Positions 27,376-37,317 of a stretch of 41,575 nt of DNA are shown piece after piece. Where the stretch lies: NCBI GenBank assembly GCA_019894955.1, contig JAGXNQ010000005.1, forward strand, positions 1 through 41,575, written 5' to 3'. A program made the position numbers and the translations under genes. The notes under the pieces are model-generated. The model was not told the DNA's origin. It did not search any database and worked only from the letters and a program-made list of their open reading frames with translations. This DNA is from Promethearchaeota archaeon (GTDB taxonomy: Archaea; Asgardarchaeota; Lokiarchaeia; Sigyniarchaeales; SOKP01). The number at the start of each line of letters is the position of its first letter. The stretch's first letter is position 1.

Positions 27376-27933
27376 TTAAAACTCTGGTTTATATAACTGT
27401 CGAAATTCTTCTTTTTTCTTCTCATTATATCTAGTTTCTAAAAATCTCATTACTGTATGGTGTGGTATACCATTTAATAACATACTCACCGATTTCCTTG
27501 CAATTTGTAAGCTATTGTAATCAGCAATAATAGAAATTGTTTTTCCAAGAACGGATATATAACAAGTTGCATATCTTTCTATAGCTTGTCTCATTTCACC
27601 ATTTCTTCCAATGATCCTTCCTTTCATTCGCTTAATCTTTTTTTCAGATCTCCCTAGTATATTTTGGAGATTAAATATTTCGAGATCATATGTTTCTTCA
27701 AGCAATTTCATTGCTTTTATGGGATTAAAACCCCTATTTATAGCATTAAGAATTTTTTCTGCAATGAATATATTCAACGGATTGTAATTAGGAGCTTCAA
27801 TATTTGTATTAATTTCACAATGACCCGATGTACTATCTAGATTTATATTTACACCTAATATATCTTCTATTTGGCGCTTTGTTTCACCGTTTTTACCGAT
27901 GATGACTGCAATTCGACTTTTTCCTATTTTCAT
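27376..27933 (-). CDS. KH-domain ribosome assembly factor Dim2/Pno1
   Basis: IIGKNG, AINRGF, KGRIIGRNG and GIPH motifs. Confidence 0.93.
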   Translation of the reverse strand: MKIGKSRIAVIIGKNGETKRQIEDILGVNINLDSTSGHCEINTNIEAPNYNPLNIFIAEKILNAINRGFNPIKAMKLLEETYDLEIFNLQNILGRSEKKIKRMKGRIIGRNGEMRQAIERYATCYISVLGKTISIIADYNSLQIARKSVSMLLNGIPHHTVMRFLETRYNEKKKEEFRQLYKPEF

Positions 27934-27977
27934 CTTTAGTTATCTATTTTTATATATACATATGAATCTAATTAATT

Positions 27978-28802
27978 TTATATATCTATTACTTCATAAT
28001 AAAACGATTTTGGATCAGGAAGATCTATTCCTTGTTTACTAAAATAATTGAAAATATTTTTAATATCTCTTACCAAATAAATCTCCGCTTTAGGATGTTG
28101 AATATCTACAGCTTGAGAGATATCAATGATTACGGGTTTCTGATTGTGGTATAATATATTAAACTCAGATAAATCCCCGTGAACTAATCTTGCATTCTGA
28201 TATAAATCTTTTATGAACTTAAGGATTTCATCAAATAAAACGTTGACATCTTTTGGATTTTTTATATCTTTTAGTTTTGGAGCTGGAATAGATTCAAAAC
28301 CTATATATTCCATAAGTAATACGTTATTCTTAATTAGAATAGGTTCAGGAACTGCTAAACCTACTCTATAGGCTCGTTTTAAATTTTTATATTCCTTACT
28401 AGCCCATAAGAATATTACTTTCGATATATTATGAGGAATTTTCTTAAAACGTGGATCCCCAATAATATAATTTCTCATCCATTTAGATGTATTGCTATCG
28501 ATCTTATAGATTTTTACTGCAACCTCTTTATGATTATGATCGTATGCTAAGTAAACATTAGCCTCTTTGCCTGCAGAAATAATTCCCGTTATATGATCCA
28601 AAGCGCCATTAACTAAGAGTTTGCCCAATAATTCGTGGGTTCTTTCATCCAATACGGATTCTATGACTGCTTTCTTTTTTGATTGATCAATATTTCTAAT
28701 TCTATTTGAATCGAGTGTTCTTTTTTCCAAATCATCGATATCACCATCATATTCATTCCCTAAATCATCTTCATCAAATTCTTCTTCCGTATCGTCTTTC
28801 AA
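27978..28802 (-). CDS. rio1: RIO1 family kinase/ATPase
   Basis: ISAGKEANVY, AVKIY, GDPRF, LVHGDLSEFNIL and IIDISQAV motifs. Confidence 0.96.
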   Translation of the reverse strand: MKDDTEEEFDEDDLGNEYDGDIDDLEKRTLDSNRIRNIDQSKKKAVIESVLDERTHELLGKLLVNGALDHITGIISAGKEANVYLAYDHNHKEVAVKIYKIDSNTSKWMRNYIIGDPRFKKIPHNISKVIFLWASKEYKNLKRAYRVGLAVPEPILIKNNVLLMEYIGFESIPAPKLKDIKNPKDVNVLFDEILKFIKDLYQNARLVHGDLSEFNILYHNQKPVIIDISQAVDIQHPKAEIYLVRDIKNIFNYFSKQGIDLPDPKSFYYEVIDI

Positions 28803-28805
28803 AAT

Positions 28806-29732
28806 TTAATTATCATCTCGTAATTTTATATTCATTTTCTCATTAAAGAAATATGTGAAGTTTTTTATCAATCTGTTATCTAAGTGATCTCGAAGAATGA
28901 CTTTGTTTTTAGAAATGCTCTCAACATGATAAATATCATCATTAATAATAACTGTATCATTTTTCTTAAAAGGTAAAAGTCGAATAAGGTTCTTTAATCT
29001 ATATAAATTTCTTCCTTTTTGTTTATCTCTTCCAACTAGCTTTTTCGTTCTTTTTAGTTCAAAATAATACTTAGATCTAAGATAGGAAACAATATAATTC
29101 ATCAATTCATTAGTACTGAGTAATAAATCAACTCCATTCTTGTGCTCGACCAATTTAGATATGTATTGACGATCGTCCTTCTGAAATTTTTTTTCTACAT
29201 ATGCATAGATTTCGTCAATTATAGTATCAATAATATCAAAATTGAGGGGGTTAGAAACTCTGATCTGCAAAATTGATAAAAAATACATCCCTCCTCTCAA
29301 GTTAGTACAATTCTTACATAATTCGTAATCAATTCTTACTGCAACTTCTTCCTCATAAAAAATGCTTTGATTTTCCTTTAACCATCCCATAATTTTAACA
29401 TCTAGAGATACCAATAGATCTTTGTTAGAGTAATTGAAAGAATTTTCATTTAATTCTATTTCAAACTCAATTAGATTACCTTTATTAACTGATTTTAATA
29501 AAAACCTTTGTAAAGCATCCTTAATCGCCTCATCAATATCTCCAGAGGTGTTATCAAACCAATTTTCTTTTTTCGAGTATCTTCCGCAATCAAGACACAC
29601 ATTAATGTGGAATAATTTATCAAGTTCAAATAGAGGATGTTCCTCTAAATAACATTCTAAACACATCCCAAAATGAGGTGTATTATCATCAATATCCTTA
29701 CCACATATAGCACAAAACTTACGAGGCATCAA
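28806..29732 (-). CDS. nmd3: NMD3 family ribosome biogenesis protein
   Basis: Four CxxC pairs, YF.SILQIR and KKLVG.D motifs. Confidence 0.9.
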   Translation of the reverse strand: MMPRKFCAICGKDIDDNTPHFGMCLECYLEEHPLFELDKLFHINVCLDCGRYSKKENWFDNTSGDIDEAIKDALQRFLLKSVNKGNLIEFEIELNENSFNYSNKDLLVSLDVKIMGWLKENQSIFYEEEVAVRIDYELCKNCTNLRGGMYFLSILQIRVSNPLNFDIIDTIIDEIYAYVEKKFQKDDRQYISKLVEHKNGVDLLLSTNELMNYIVSYLRSKYYFELKRTKKLVGRDKQKGRNLYRLKNLIRLLPFKKNDTVIINDDIYHVESISKNKVILRDHLDNRLIKNFTYFFNEKMNIKLRDDN

Positions 29733-30025
29733 AACATCATCTTCATAGCCATTGGTACACCATTTATTGTACGTACTCCTTCTTTTGGTAGTATATTATG
29801 GGAAATAGCTTTTTCAATAATATTTTTCCCTACAATATTAAAATATTGGGCATGCATCAAAATTTCAATTGCATCATCAATATCCATTAAGGCACCACTA
29901 AAAAATTGCTCTGTAATCTCAATTCTTGAATTATCTTCCTTAAACACCTTTTTAAGAAGTGGTTCATCACAACAAGCTACAGTTTCAATTTCATTGTTAT
30001 GATGTATCTTTAAATAAACATTCAT
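29729..30025 (-). CDS. DUF424 family protein
   Basis: VACCD..LL, FFSG, NIVG and INGVP motifs. Confidence 0.88.
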   Translation of the reverse strand: MNVYLKIHHNNEIETVACCDEPLLKKVFKEDNSRIEITEQFFSGALMDIDDAIEILMHAQYFNIVGKNIIEKAISHNILPKEGVRTINGVPMAMKMMF

Positions 30026-30047
30026 TTTTGTATGCTAAGTCCTAAAA

Positions 30048-30461
30048 CTACTTTTCTTTAATCTCTTCCCTTGCTCCACATGCCGTACATTTAAGGAATA
30101 TCTTTTTACCTTCACGTTGAATATCGGTATCTGGTTTTTTACAAATTTTACATAGAACATACATCTTTGTATATTGGTCTATTAGACGATCTAACGCTTG
30201 TTCTTTATGAATTCCTTTCATAAATAATTGTTGTCCCCGAATCTCTCCCATAGTACCAGCTTTTTTAAGGAAAATTCCCAAAAAATGTCTTCTATCTCTA
30301 TTTAGCGTGTTAATTATTTTATTTAAATTTGTGATATAAGTATTTCGAGATTCTATTCTTAGTTCTACTTTAGGAATTTCGAACCTTGAAGATTTTTTTA
30401 CATTCTCAGGAATTTTTTCATATGCTCCATCCAAAAGTTTCTCATAATCGTTTAAATCCAT
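30048..30461 (-). CDS. eif2b: Translation initiation factor 2 subunit beta (aIF2-beta)
   Basis: DYEKLLD, RFEIP, LNRD and YVLCKICKKPDT...CTACGA motifs. Confidence 0.96.
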   Translation of the reverse strand: MDLNDYEKLLDGAYEKIPENVKKSSRFEIPKVELRIESRNTYITNLNKIINTLNRDRRHFLGIFLKKAGTMGEIRGQQLFMKGIHKEQALDRLIDQYTKMYVLCKICKKPDTDIQREGKKIFLKCTACGAREEIKEK

Positions 30462-30523
30462 CGTTCTCAGGAAATTTTTTTTATAATTATTATAATAATT
30501 CTTTCAAAAATAATTTTTCTATT

Positions 30524-31270
30524 TTAATCATAACTTTGATATACATTTTCATCTGACATATAAATTTTAGAAGCTTGCTCTAAATCTCTAATATAACGTA
30601 TTAACTTATTTTCTGTGATTTGCATTTTTATCTTTAACTCTTTTAGATGAGTATCTTTTCCATTATGAGAGTTTTCTTTAATGATCGAAAAAATCATTTC
30701 TTTTATCGAATCCTCCGTTTTATTATCATCTAGTTCTTGTTGAGAAATTTCCGGAGAAATAATTGATGTATCATTATACTCACCAAATTCATCTCCAATT
30801 TCATTAAATTTTTGCGTTTTCTTAGGAATTTCTACAACTTCTCCTGATCTTATTTTCTTAATTATTATAGCATCATGAAGCAAAATATCATTTGGATCAC
30901 TAATTATTTTGATGATTTCAATCCTGAGAGACGTAATTCCTTCTCGAGATTGTAACACTCCGATAAAATATGCTAAATTTCCTATCTCATATCTCCCAAT
31001 TTCTTCAGGCCCTACTTTCCATTTTGAAGATCGTATCAATCCTGTTCCGTCATCTAAATCCAAATTAAGATTAGACGATGTTTCACTATCGAAACTTGGA
31101 AATTCGTATTTATCCCTAATTGTGGCAAGAAAACGAACACGTTTGATTTTTCCAAATATTGAATGAAATACATTTTCAATTTCATTGTAATTTGCATCTA
31201 AAATATGTTTAATCCAGCATCTAATAGCGGGAAATCTTACATATTGGCTTGTTTCAGTCATTGGTATCAT
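30524..31270 (-). CDS. Replication protein A 32-kDa-like subunit (OB fold plus C-terminal winged helix)
   Basis: RVRFLATI...LDDGTGLIR OB motif, acidic linker, C-terminal wH ending IYMSDENVY. Confidence 0.8.
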   Translation of the reverse strand: MIPMTETSQYVRFPAIRCWIKHILDANYNEIENVFHSIFGKIKRVRFLATIRDKYEFPSFDSETSSNLNLDLDDGTGLIRSSKWKVGPEEIGRYEIGNLAYFIGVLQSREGITSLRIEIIKIISDPNDILLHDAIIIKKIRSGEVVEIPKKTQKFNEIGDEFGEYNDTSIISPEISQQELDDNKTEDSIKEMIFSIIKENSHNGKDTHLKELKIKMQITENKLIRYIRDLEQASKIYMSDENVYQSYD

Positions 31271-31355
31271 GTTTCGTTTATTTAAAAAAGATTAATATGA
31301 ATAAGAAGTAAATTAATTTAGTGTTTTATGTTGTGTGATAAATAAAAAGGATAAG

Positions 31356-31494
31356 TAGCGGGGGTTCGATTTTCAGCTCGCTGGATAGCAGCTTGTTTTA
31401 AGCATTTGAACGAACGATCTCAGGGTTTCTAAAAGGAAAGTTAATCTTTCCATTTATGAGCCCTGCGGCATAAACCAGGCTAGCCCACCCCGCT
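31356..31494 (-). tRNA. Initiator tRNA-Met(CAT) with two introns (37/38: 31427-31454; 59/60: 31370-31404)
   Basis: A1:U72, three G:C pairs in the anticodon stem CAGGG/CCCTG, CAT anticodon; T-loop BHB TTCA/TGAA with AAT bulges; spliced length 76 nt. Confidence 0.93.
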
Positions 31495-31521
31495 CTTTTT
31501 AATTCCTATGAAAATTTTAAA

Positions 31522-31538
31522 TTTTATATATATCTTTA
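31522..31538 (-). promoter_or_regulatory. Candidate BRE/TATA of tRNA-iMet
   Basis: Minus strand TAAAGATATATATAAAA about 28 nt upstream of the tRNA 5' end. Confidence 0.5.
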
Positions 31539-31636
31539 ATATTATCTCTATTTTAATTTTTTACCATTTTTCGTGCTATTTTTTAATTTTTTTTTTTATA
31601 TATTGATATAATAATCACTAATCAAGAAAATCAACT

Positions 31637-32335
31637 ATGGCAGATTCTCATTCAAAGAGTTTTTTTGGGAAAAATATTGGATTAATTATTCGGAGTTTTT
31701 CAAAATTCGAACCTTATATTATTATTCAATGTATTAAGAAAAATCCAAATGGAGTGTGGGAAAAATTATCATCTAATGAAGGGAAAACGATAAAATGTTC
31801 CTTAGAAGAGATTGCGATTATTCTGCAAGTCTTAAATAAGAGAAAATTTAATTGGCAAGGAAATCACAAGTTCAATGATATAATTACAAAATTATCTATA
31901 TGTTGGGAGGACGAAAATGCAGAAGTTTTATGGATAAATATTGGAAATTATTCAAAAATGCTTAATTCAGGTCAAATCGATATTCTAGCTTTATTACTGA
32001 CCCATTTATTGAATGAGAAAATCATTTATGCAACATCTTATAAACCTTCTCAAACGCCTAATGCTGTAAAGGAACGATTTGACGAAAATGTTGTGGAAGA
32101 ATTAAGAACTCTATCCCAAAAGATCTCTATCGAGGAGACTATTTCAAAATCAATGACAGAAGTTAACGGGAAAATAACGGGAGAGACAAATAAAGCAATT
32201 TTACTTGAAATTGAGGAGGGTCATAAATCTTGGATTCCAAAATCCTGTATTCATTCTCAATACGATCCAAAACCAATGCTTTTACAATCTTTCTTGGTTG
32301 AAAATTGGATCTTAAAAAAAGTGAATGATACTTAA
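31637..32335 (+). CDS. Hypothetical protein, possible Whirly/PC4-like N-terminal fold
   Basis: 232-aa ATG ORF; see findings. Confidence 0.7.
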   Translation: MADSHSKSFFGKNIGLIIRSFSKFEPYIIIQCIKKNPNGVWEKLSSNEGKTIKCSLEEIAIILQVLNKRKFNWQGNHKFNDIITKLSICWEDENAEVLWINIGNYSKMLNSGQIDILALLLTHLLNEKIIYATSYKPSQTPNAVKERFDENVVEELRTLSQKISIEETISKSMTEVNGKITGETNKAILLEIEEGHKSWIPKSCIHSQYDPKPMLLQSFLVENWILKKVNDT

Positions 32336-32403
32336 TCAAAAGAATAAACTTAATTTTATTATTTAATTTACCTTGATATAAGAGAAAAAAGGCTTGTTAT
32401 TTC

Positions 32404-34188
32404 ATGTTATTAAATAATTTTATTGTAGATTTCCTCCTAAATCCATGGTTTGTAATTTCACTAGTTTTTTGGATTTTTATATCAATTTTAGTTTTATTAT
32501 TGAGAAATAAGAAAGAAGCATATAGCATCTTTTTCCCATTTCTCGCTCTTTTTAAAACTAAAAAACTGAATAAACTCATAGTTCATATATCTAGAAAAAA
32601 TCCCAAATTTTGGAGGATTTTTTGGAATATTGGTATTTTTGTATCCTTTGGTTTTACAATTTATGGGTTTTATTTTTTTTTCAGTAACGTAGTTAATCTA
32701 ATATTCACCCCAAGTATCGAAAATGCAATTATTCCCCTTATCCCCGGTGTAACGATTGATCTTCCGGTCTTTTTTTATATGTTATTACCCTTATTGTTAA
32801 TTCTAACCACACATGAATTCGCTCATGGAATTTCAGCCGCAATTGATGATGTTGAAATAAAATCAACTGGACTCTTAGGTGTTGGACTTTTTTATTTGGT
32901 AGGATTCGGAGCTTTCGTGGAGGTTGATGAACGATCGTTAAGATCCTCAAAATATCATCGAAATACCAGATTACGAATCGCTGCGGCTGGAACCTATATC
33001 AATTCTATCGTTGTAGGTATAGCTCTCTTACTCTTGCTCATATTTCCAATGCTAACTTCACCTTTCTTTTCACAAGTTTCTCAAGTCTATACCGTATTGA
33101 GTCCTGAAGAAGGAGGATTTAATGATGGAATTTTAATTTATGGTGATGCAATCGTAGCGATTAAAAAAGAAGGAGAATTAGATTCTCAATATGTATATCT
33201 AGATTATTATCAAGGAATCGACTTATCCTCTATCTTGGACAATCAAACACGGATTAAATGTTCTGTAAGAGATAATTTAACTATGAAAATTTACAACCCT
33301 TTTGTTGATTTATCCTCCGAAAAAGAGATCATATTAGGTCCTCGTTACGATCTCAGCATTGATTATGAATATACTTCAGATTATGAAATAAGAATTACTT
33401 ATAATTATACCAGTGATCAACAAACTAATATTTTAATAAATTACATAAATGGTACTGCAATAAATCGCACTTCTGGAAATACATTAGAGAAATTTTTAAC
33501 TCAATTCGACCTTAAAACTCTTGATTTAAATAGTACTACAAATCAACGCTACTTAATAGAGCCTGAAATATTGGGAGTATTTGTAGGTGTACAAACTACC
33601 TTTTATTGGATGCATAAAAACGATTTTGCTAAATTTTTATCTGCGAATTGGCCAGATTTTTGGTTAAAAGAAATTTCTTGGTTATTTATAATAGGATTTA
33701 GCTTAACTCTATTTAATATGATGCCCCTTCCAATTTTTGATGGTGATAGAGTTATAAAAGAGATTGTAAATAGCATTTTTGGGAGTTCTTATAGTTCAAA
33801 AAAAATGAAAGTTGACAGACTTATATATAATGATGATGATTTAGATTGTAAGTTATCAGAATATCGTATTGAAACAATTAATGAAGTAAAAATTACGATA
33901 AAAGATAGAAATAAAATTGAAAGTGAGATATTCCTTGGTGAGGAAAATTATGAACTGTTTGATTCGATCGGAGATGGATTTAAAGATGCTTTAAAGCTTC
34001 ATCTTCCAACAACCACAACAATTGAGAAAAATGCTATCTTTGATATCTCATATGAATATTTATATGATGAGAAAAGAAAAATAAAACAGATTGTCTTAAA
34101 TACAATAAGAGCTATAGCCTTGATATTGATAGTTTCTAATTTCGCATTATCCTTTATTAAATTTGGATTCAATCTTTTTTGGATCTAA
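32404..34188 (+). CDS. Site-2 protease (peptidase M50) membrane metalloprotease
   Basis: HEFAHG, GAFVE, IAAAG and NMMPLPIFDG motifs; multiple TM helices. Confidence 0.95.
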   Translation: MLLNNFIVDFLLNPWFVISLVFWIFISILVLLLRNKKEAYSIFFPFLALFKTKKLNKLIVHISRKNPKFWRIFWNIGIFVSFGFTIYGFYFFFSNVVNLIFTPSIENAIIPLIPGVTIDLPVFFYMLLPLLLILTTHEFAHGISAAIDDVEIKSTGLLGVGLFYLVGFGAFVEVDERSLRSSKYHRNTRLRIAAAGTYINSIVVGIALLLLLIFPMLTSPFFSQVSQVYTVLSPEEGGFNDGILIYGDAIVAIKKEGELDSQYVYLDYYQGIDLSSILDNQTRIKCSVRDNLTMKIYNPFVDLSSEKEIILGPRYDLSIDYEYTSDYEIRITYNYTSDQQTNILINYINGTAINRTSGNTLEKFLTQFDLKTLDLNSTTNQRYLIEPEILGVFVGVQTTFYWMHKNDFAKFLSANWPDFWLKEISWLFIIGFSLTLFNMMPLPIFDGDRVIKEIVNSIFGSSYSSKKMKVDRLIYNDDDLDCKLSEYRIETINEVKITIKDRNKIESEIFLGEENYELFDSIGDGFKDALKLHLPTTTTIEKNAIFDISYEYLYDEKRKIKQIVLNTIRAIALILIVSNFALSFIKFGFNLFWI

Positions 34189-34972
34189 AACAAAGTACCA
34201 ATTGGTGATTAGTTTCAATATTTCAAAAAACTGCTTCAAATGTAATAAAACTCCTACAATTCAGAGAAGACATTCAGGGCAATTTCTCTGTTTAGATTGT
34301 TTTAAATCAAGCATAGAAAAAATTATCTCTAAAACAATAGCAAAATATAATATGCTGAGCCCAAATGATAATATAATTATAGCATTATCAGGAAGTAAAA
34401 ATTCAATAACACTTCTTTATAATCTTAAGAAAATTCAAGAAAAAGCATACAGAACACGACCCATTATTGCCTTATCAATTGATGAAGGAAACACAATTGA
34501 ATTAACAAGAGATTTATGTGCTTCACTTTCTATTGAGCAAGTTATAATAAATTCAAATGAGATCAATAAAGGTGAACCATTTCTGCTCCAATTAGTAGAA
34601 ATTGCTTCTACTAATTTAGGAGGGAATATACTTGCTCTTGGATATAATTTAACTAATTTATCGAATATATTTTTAAATCAATTAATATTCAGTAAAGATC
34701 CATTTCAAATAGTTAATCACCAAGATGATACCATTAAAATGATAACTCCACTAATGAGAATTCCAAAAGAGGAAATTAATATATACTATAAAATAAAAAA
34801 AATGAGGATTGGTAAAGACCAAGTACAAAAAAAAAGGGATTCCATAGTACAAATTCATACTGAAAATTTTTTAAATGACTGTAAAAGTTTTAGTCCAGAA
34901 ATTGAATTCAATTTACTCAATGGATTGTTAGAGTTAACAGAAATCAATAACCAATCAAAGAATCCTACTTAA
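34163..34972 (+). CDS. Degenerate TtuA/Ctu1(Ncs6)/TtcA-family PP-loop protein (start uncertain)
   Basis: N-terminal CFKC...LCLDCF, TIAKYNML...IIIALSGSKNS, LSIDEG and TPLMRIPKEEI motifs. Confidence 0.8.
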   Translation: MDSIFFGSKTKYQLVISFNISKNCFKCNKTPTIQRRHSGQFLCLDCFKSSIEKIISKTIAKYNMLSPNDNIIIALSGSKNSITLLYNLKKIQEKAYRTRPIIALSIDEGNTIELTRDLCASLSIEQVIINSNEINKGEPFLLQLVEIASTNLGGNILALGYNLTNLSNIFLNQLIFSKDPFQIVNHQDDTIKMITPLMRIPKEEINIYYKIKKMRIGKDQVQKKRDSIVQIHTENFLNDCKSFSPEIEFNLLNGLLELTEINNQSKNPT

Positions 34973-35943
34973 TTTTTCATTAAATAATTCGAGAGATTTT
35001 TCAATGGTAAATATTCTCTAATTTCATCTTTAAATAAAGGTACTTCTATTAGATTTTTATTCCAATTCTTTCTAAAGCGCTCTTTGATTTTATTTAGATT
35101 TTTTTGTTGCATACGCCTTCTAGCTTTACAAAATTCACATAACTCACTATTTGCTTCATACAATTGATTTATAATTATATTTGAGTTTGGAATGTGGTAA
35201 TTTACTAATTCATTTAATAACCGTTCTGTCTCTAATATTGCCATTTCTTCCGAAATCATAACAACCACAAAAGAACTTTTAAGTGGATCAGTTAAATCCT
35301 CTTTGGCTCGGAGAATAGCCTCATTTAATCGTTCTAGTATCTCTAACGATTGATCACCTTTATTAGATTCTCCTCCAAACATGCTTTTAATGGCTCCAAA
35401 CATAGTTCCAAGCTTCATTTTCATTTTCAGTATTTTCCCGATCCAACCTGATAAAGTTTCAGGAAGACCTAAAAACCGAAGAGTATGACCAGTAGGTGCC
35501 GTGTCAAATATAATCAAATCAAAATCATGTTCAGTTTCGATGAATTCAAGAACTTTTAATAATGCTAAGGTCTCGTCTATTCCTGGAGGATTCATTGATG
35601 ATAAATCAGTTAAATCCTCCATAAAAGGAATATTAGATATTCCTATATCTTCAATTGGGTTTATATTTGTAAGTCCTTGAAATTCTGTGATATTAGCTTG
35701 AGAGTTTATTTCTAATGCAGTAAGATTCGCTATTCCTGGAACAGCAGTAGGGATTCCAGGAGGTAGACTAACACCTAAACTATCACCTAATGAATGAGCA
35801 GGATCAGTGCTAATTATAAGCGTATTTCTACCCTGTTCTGCTGCCCAAATTGCCGAACTCGAAGCACAAGTCGTTTTGCCTACTCCACCTTTTCCACCAA
35901 ATAAAACCATATTTAGGTTAAGTAATATTTCATCTAACAACAT
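34969..35943 (-). CDS. Get3/TRC40-like ArsA-family ATPase
   Basis: GGKGGVGKTT, STDPAHSL, PGIDE, FDTAPTGHTLRFL, Met-rich insert, CEFC. Confidence 0.92.
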   Translation of the reverse strand: MLLDEILLNLNMVLFGGKGGVGKTTCASSSAIWAAEQGRNTLIISTDPAHSLGDSLGVSLPPGIPTAVPGIANLTALEINSQANITEFQGLTNINPIEDIGISNIPFMEDLTDLSSMNPPGIDETLALLKVLEFIETEHDFDLIIFDTAPTGHTLRFLGLPETLSGWIGKILKMKMKLGTMFGAIKSMFGGESNKGDQSLEILERLNEAILRAKEDLTDPLKSSFVVVMISEEMAILETERLLNELVNYHIPNSNIIINQLYEANSELCEFCKARRRMQQKNLNKIKERFRKNWNKNLIEVPLFKDEIREYLPLKNLSNYLMKN

Positions 35944-35953
35944 AATAGTTCAA

Positions 35954-37231
35954 TTAATAGTCAATTTTATATCTAAGAATAGCCACAACTCCCCCAAACG
36001 TACTTTTAAGGGTTTCTCCTCCTTCCGTTTCACCAGACAAAATTTCCACATTGCTTCCTAAAGATTCTGCGATATCACCCAAATATTCAATAATCGGGTA
36101 ATAATCTGTAGTACTAAATGAGTTTGAATTGCAGTTTGGACACAAATCTACTTTTTCATTTGATTCATCAATTTTTATTTGAGTGGATGTTATATAATCA
36201 TAATGTTGACAATTCGAGCATTCTCTTTTAATTTTGTATAAACCTAATTGTTCAGACATTATTAACGTATCTACAGCACCTAGATTTAAAGCTCGTTCAA
36301 CTTCTTCTTGCCCATAAATAGCCATTCCGATATCACTAGTGATTTGTTTCATAAAGTTCTGCCATATAAATTGTTCTCTAACATATTTTACATTTTCAAT
36401 CTGGTTTTTTACTTTTTCAACTAGAGCTCTTAATCCTTCGGTTCCTCCATAGCCTAAATCTACAGTGTCTAGGATTTTTTCTCGTAATCTATAATCTAGA
36501 CTTTCATCATTGACAAATTTCTCTTTTGATGGACCAGGACCCCCAATAAAAATACCTTGTAATTGCTCCATGCCCAAAAATAATTCATTTACCTCACTAG
36601 AAATATGTCGATAGAAACTAATTTCTCCTTCTTCAATCAAACGTTCAAATCGTTTTTGTGATTGACCACCAGCTTTATGTTTTCCATGTATATTAGACGT
36701 AAATTCTCTAACTTCCTCCATATGATTTCCTCTTAAATATCCTACTGCAGACTTTTTTCTTCCTATTACTAATAATCCATAAGTTTCTTTTGTCTCTAGC
36801 ATTTCCTCTAAAGGTCTTGTCAAGAATTCACTAGCACAATGGTACCTAAAGGTGTTTACTTTTTCAGGAGCGTCAAGGATATATTTTTCCATTCGCTCCG
36901 TACCCGGTGTGTTATTTTGAGGTATGGCACCAGCAAACATTACTAATCCATTATCAGAAACTTCACGATAATTTTTTAACATTCCTAAAAGTGTTGATAT
37001 TCCATCTAATACGTTTTTCCTGGTTAATTTTGATTTAATATTTTGACTTTCACTCACTTCATTTTTCAAATAATTTGTAACATCAGAAAGTTTACGATCA
37101 TGAGGAATATATAATGAAATTAATTCCGTATGGAAACCTTTCTTTGATTTCAAAGTTTCCAGTATCCGCTTAACCTTGAAGCGTTGAAGATCAGTAGCTT
37201 TCTTTACATTCTCTGCATTCATGCTTATCAA
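35954..37231 (-). CDS. prf1: Peptide chain release factor aRF1
   Basis: TELISLYIP, NIKS, YHCASEF, GGQS and FGGVVAILRY motifs. Confidence 0.97.
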   Translation of the reverse strand: MISMNAENVKKATDLQRFKVKRILETLKSKKGFHTELISLYIPHDRKLSDVTNYLKNEVSESQNIKSKLTRKNVLDGISTLLGMLKNYREVSDNGLVMFAGAIPQNNTPGTERMEKYILDAPEKVNTFRYHCASEFLTRPLEEMLETKETYGLLVIGRKKSAVGYLRGNHMEEVREFTSNIHGKHKAGGQSQKRFERLIEEGEISFYRHISSEVNELFLGMEQLQGIFIGGPGPSKEKFVNDESLDYRLREKILDTVDLGYGGTEGLRALVEKVKNQIENVKYVREQFIWQNFMKQITSDIGMAIYGQEEVERALNLGAVDTLIMSEQLGLYKIKRECSNCQHYDYITSTQIKIDESNEKVDLCPNCNSNSFSTTDYYPIIEYLGDIAESLGSNVEILSGETEGGETLKSTFGGVVAILRYKIDY

Positions 37232-37317
37232 CTATATATTAAAAGAATCAAAAGATTAATAGTTTTTCGTTATATTCAATACATATAAAGTACGAATGCA
37301 ATTGAGTTGGTAATTTA

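Noticed and set aside
27376-30461. aIF2beta-DUF424-NMD3-Rio1-Dim2 cluster as a novel system
   Set aside because: These are familiar archaeal ribosome-biogenesis and translation genes that often cluster
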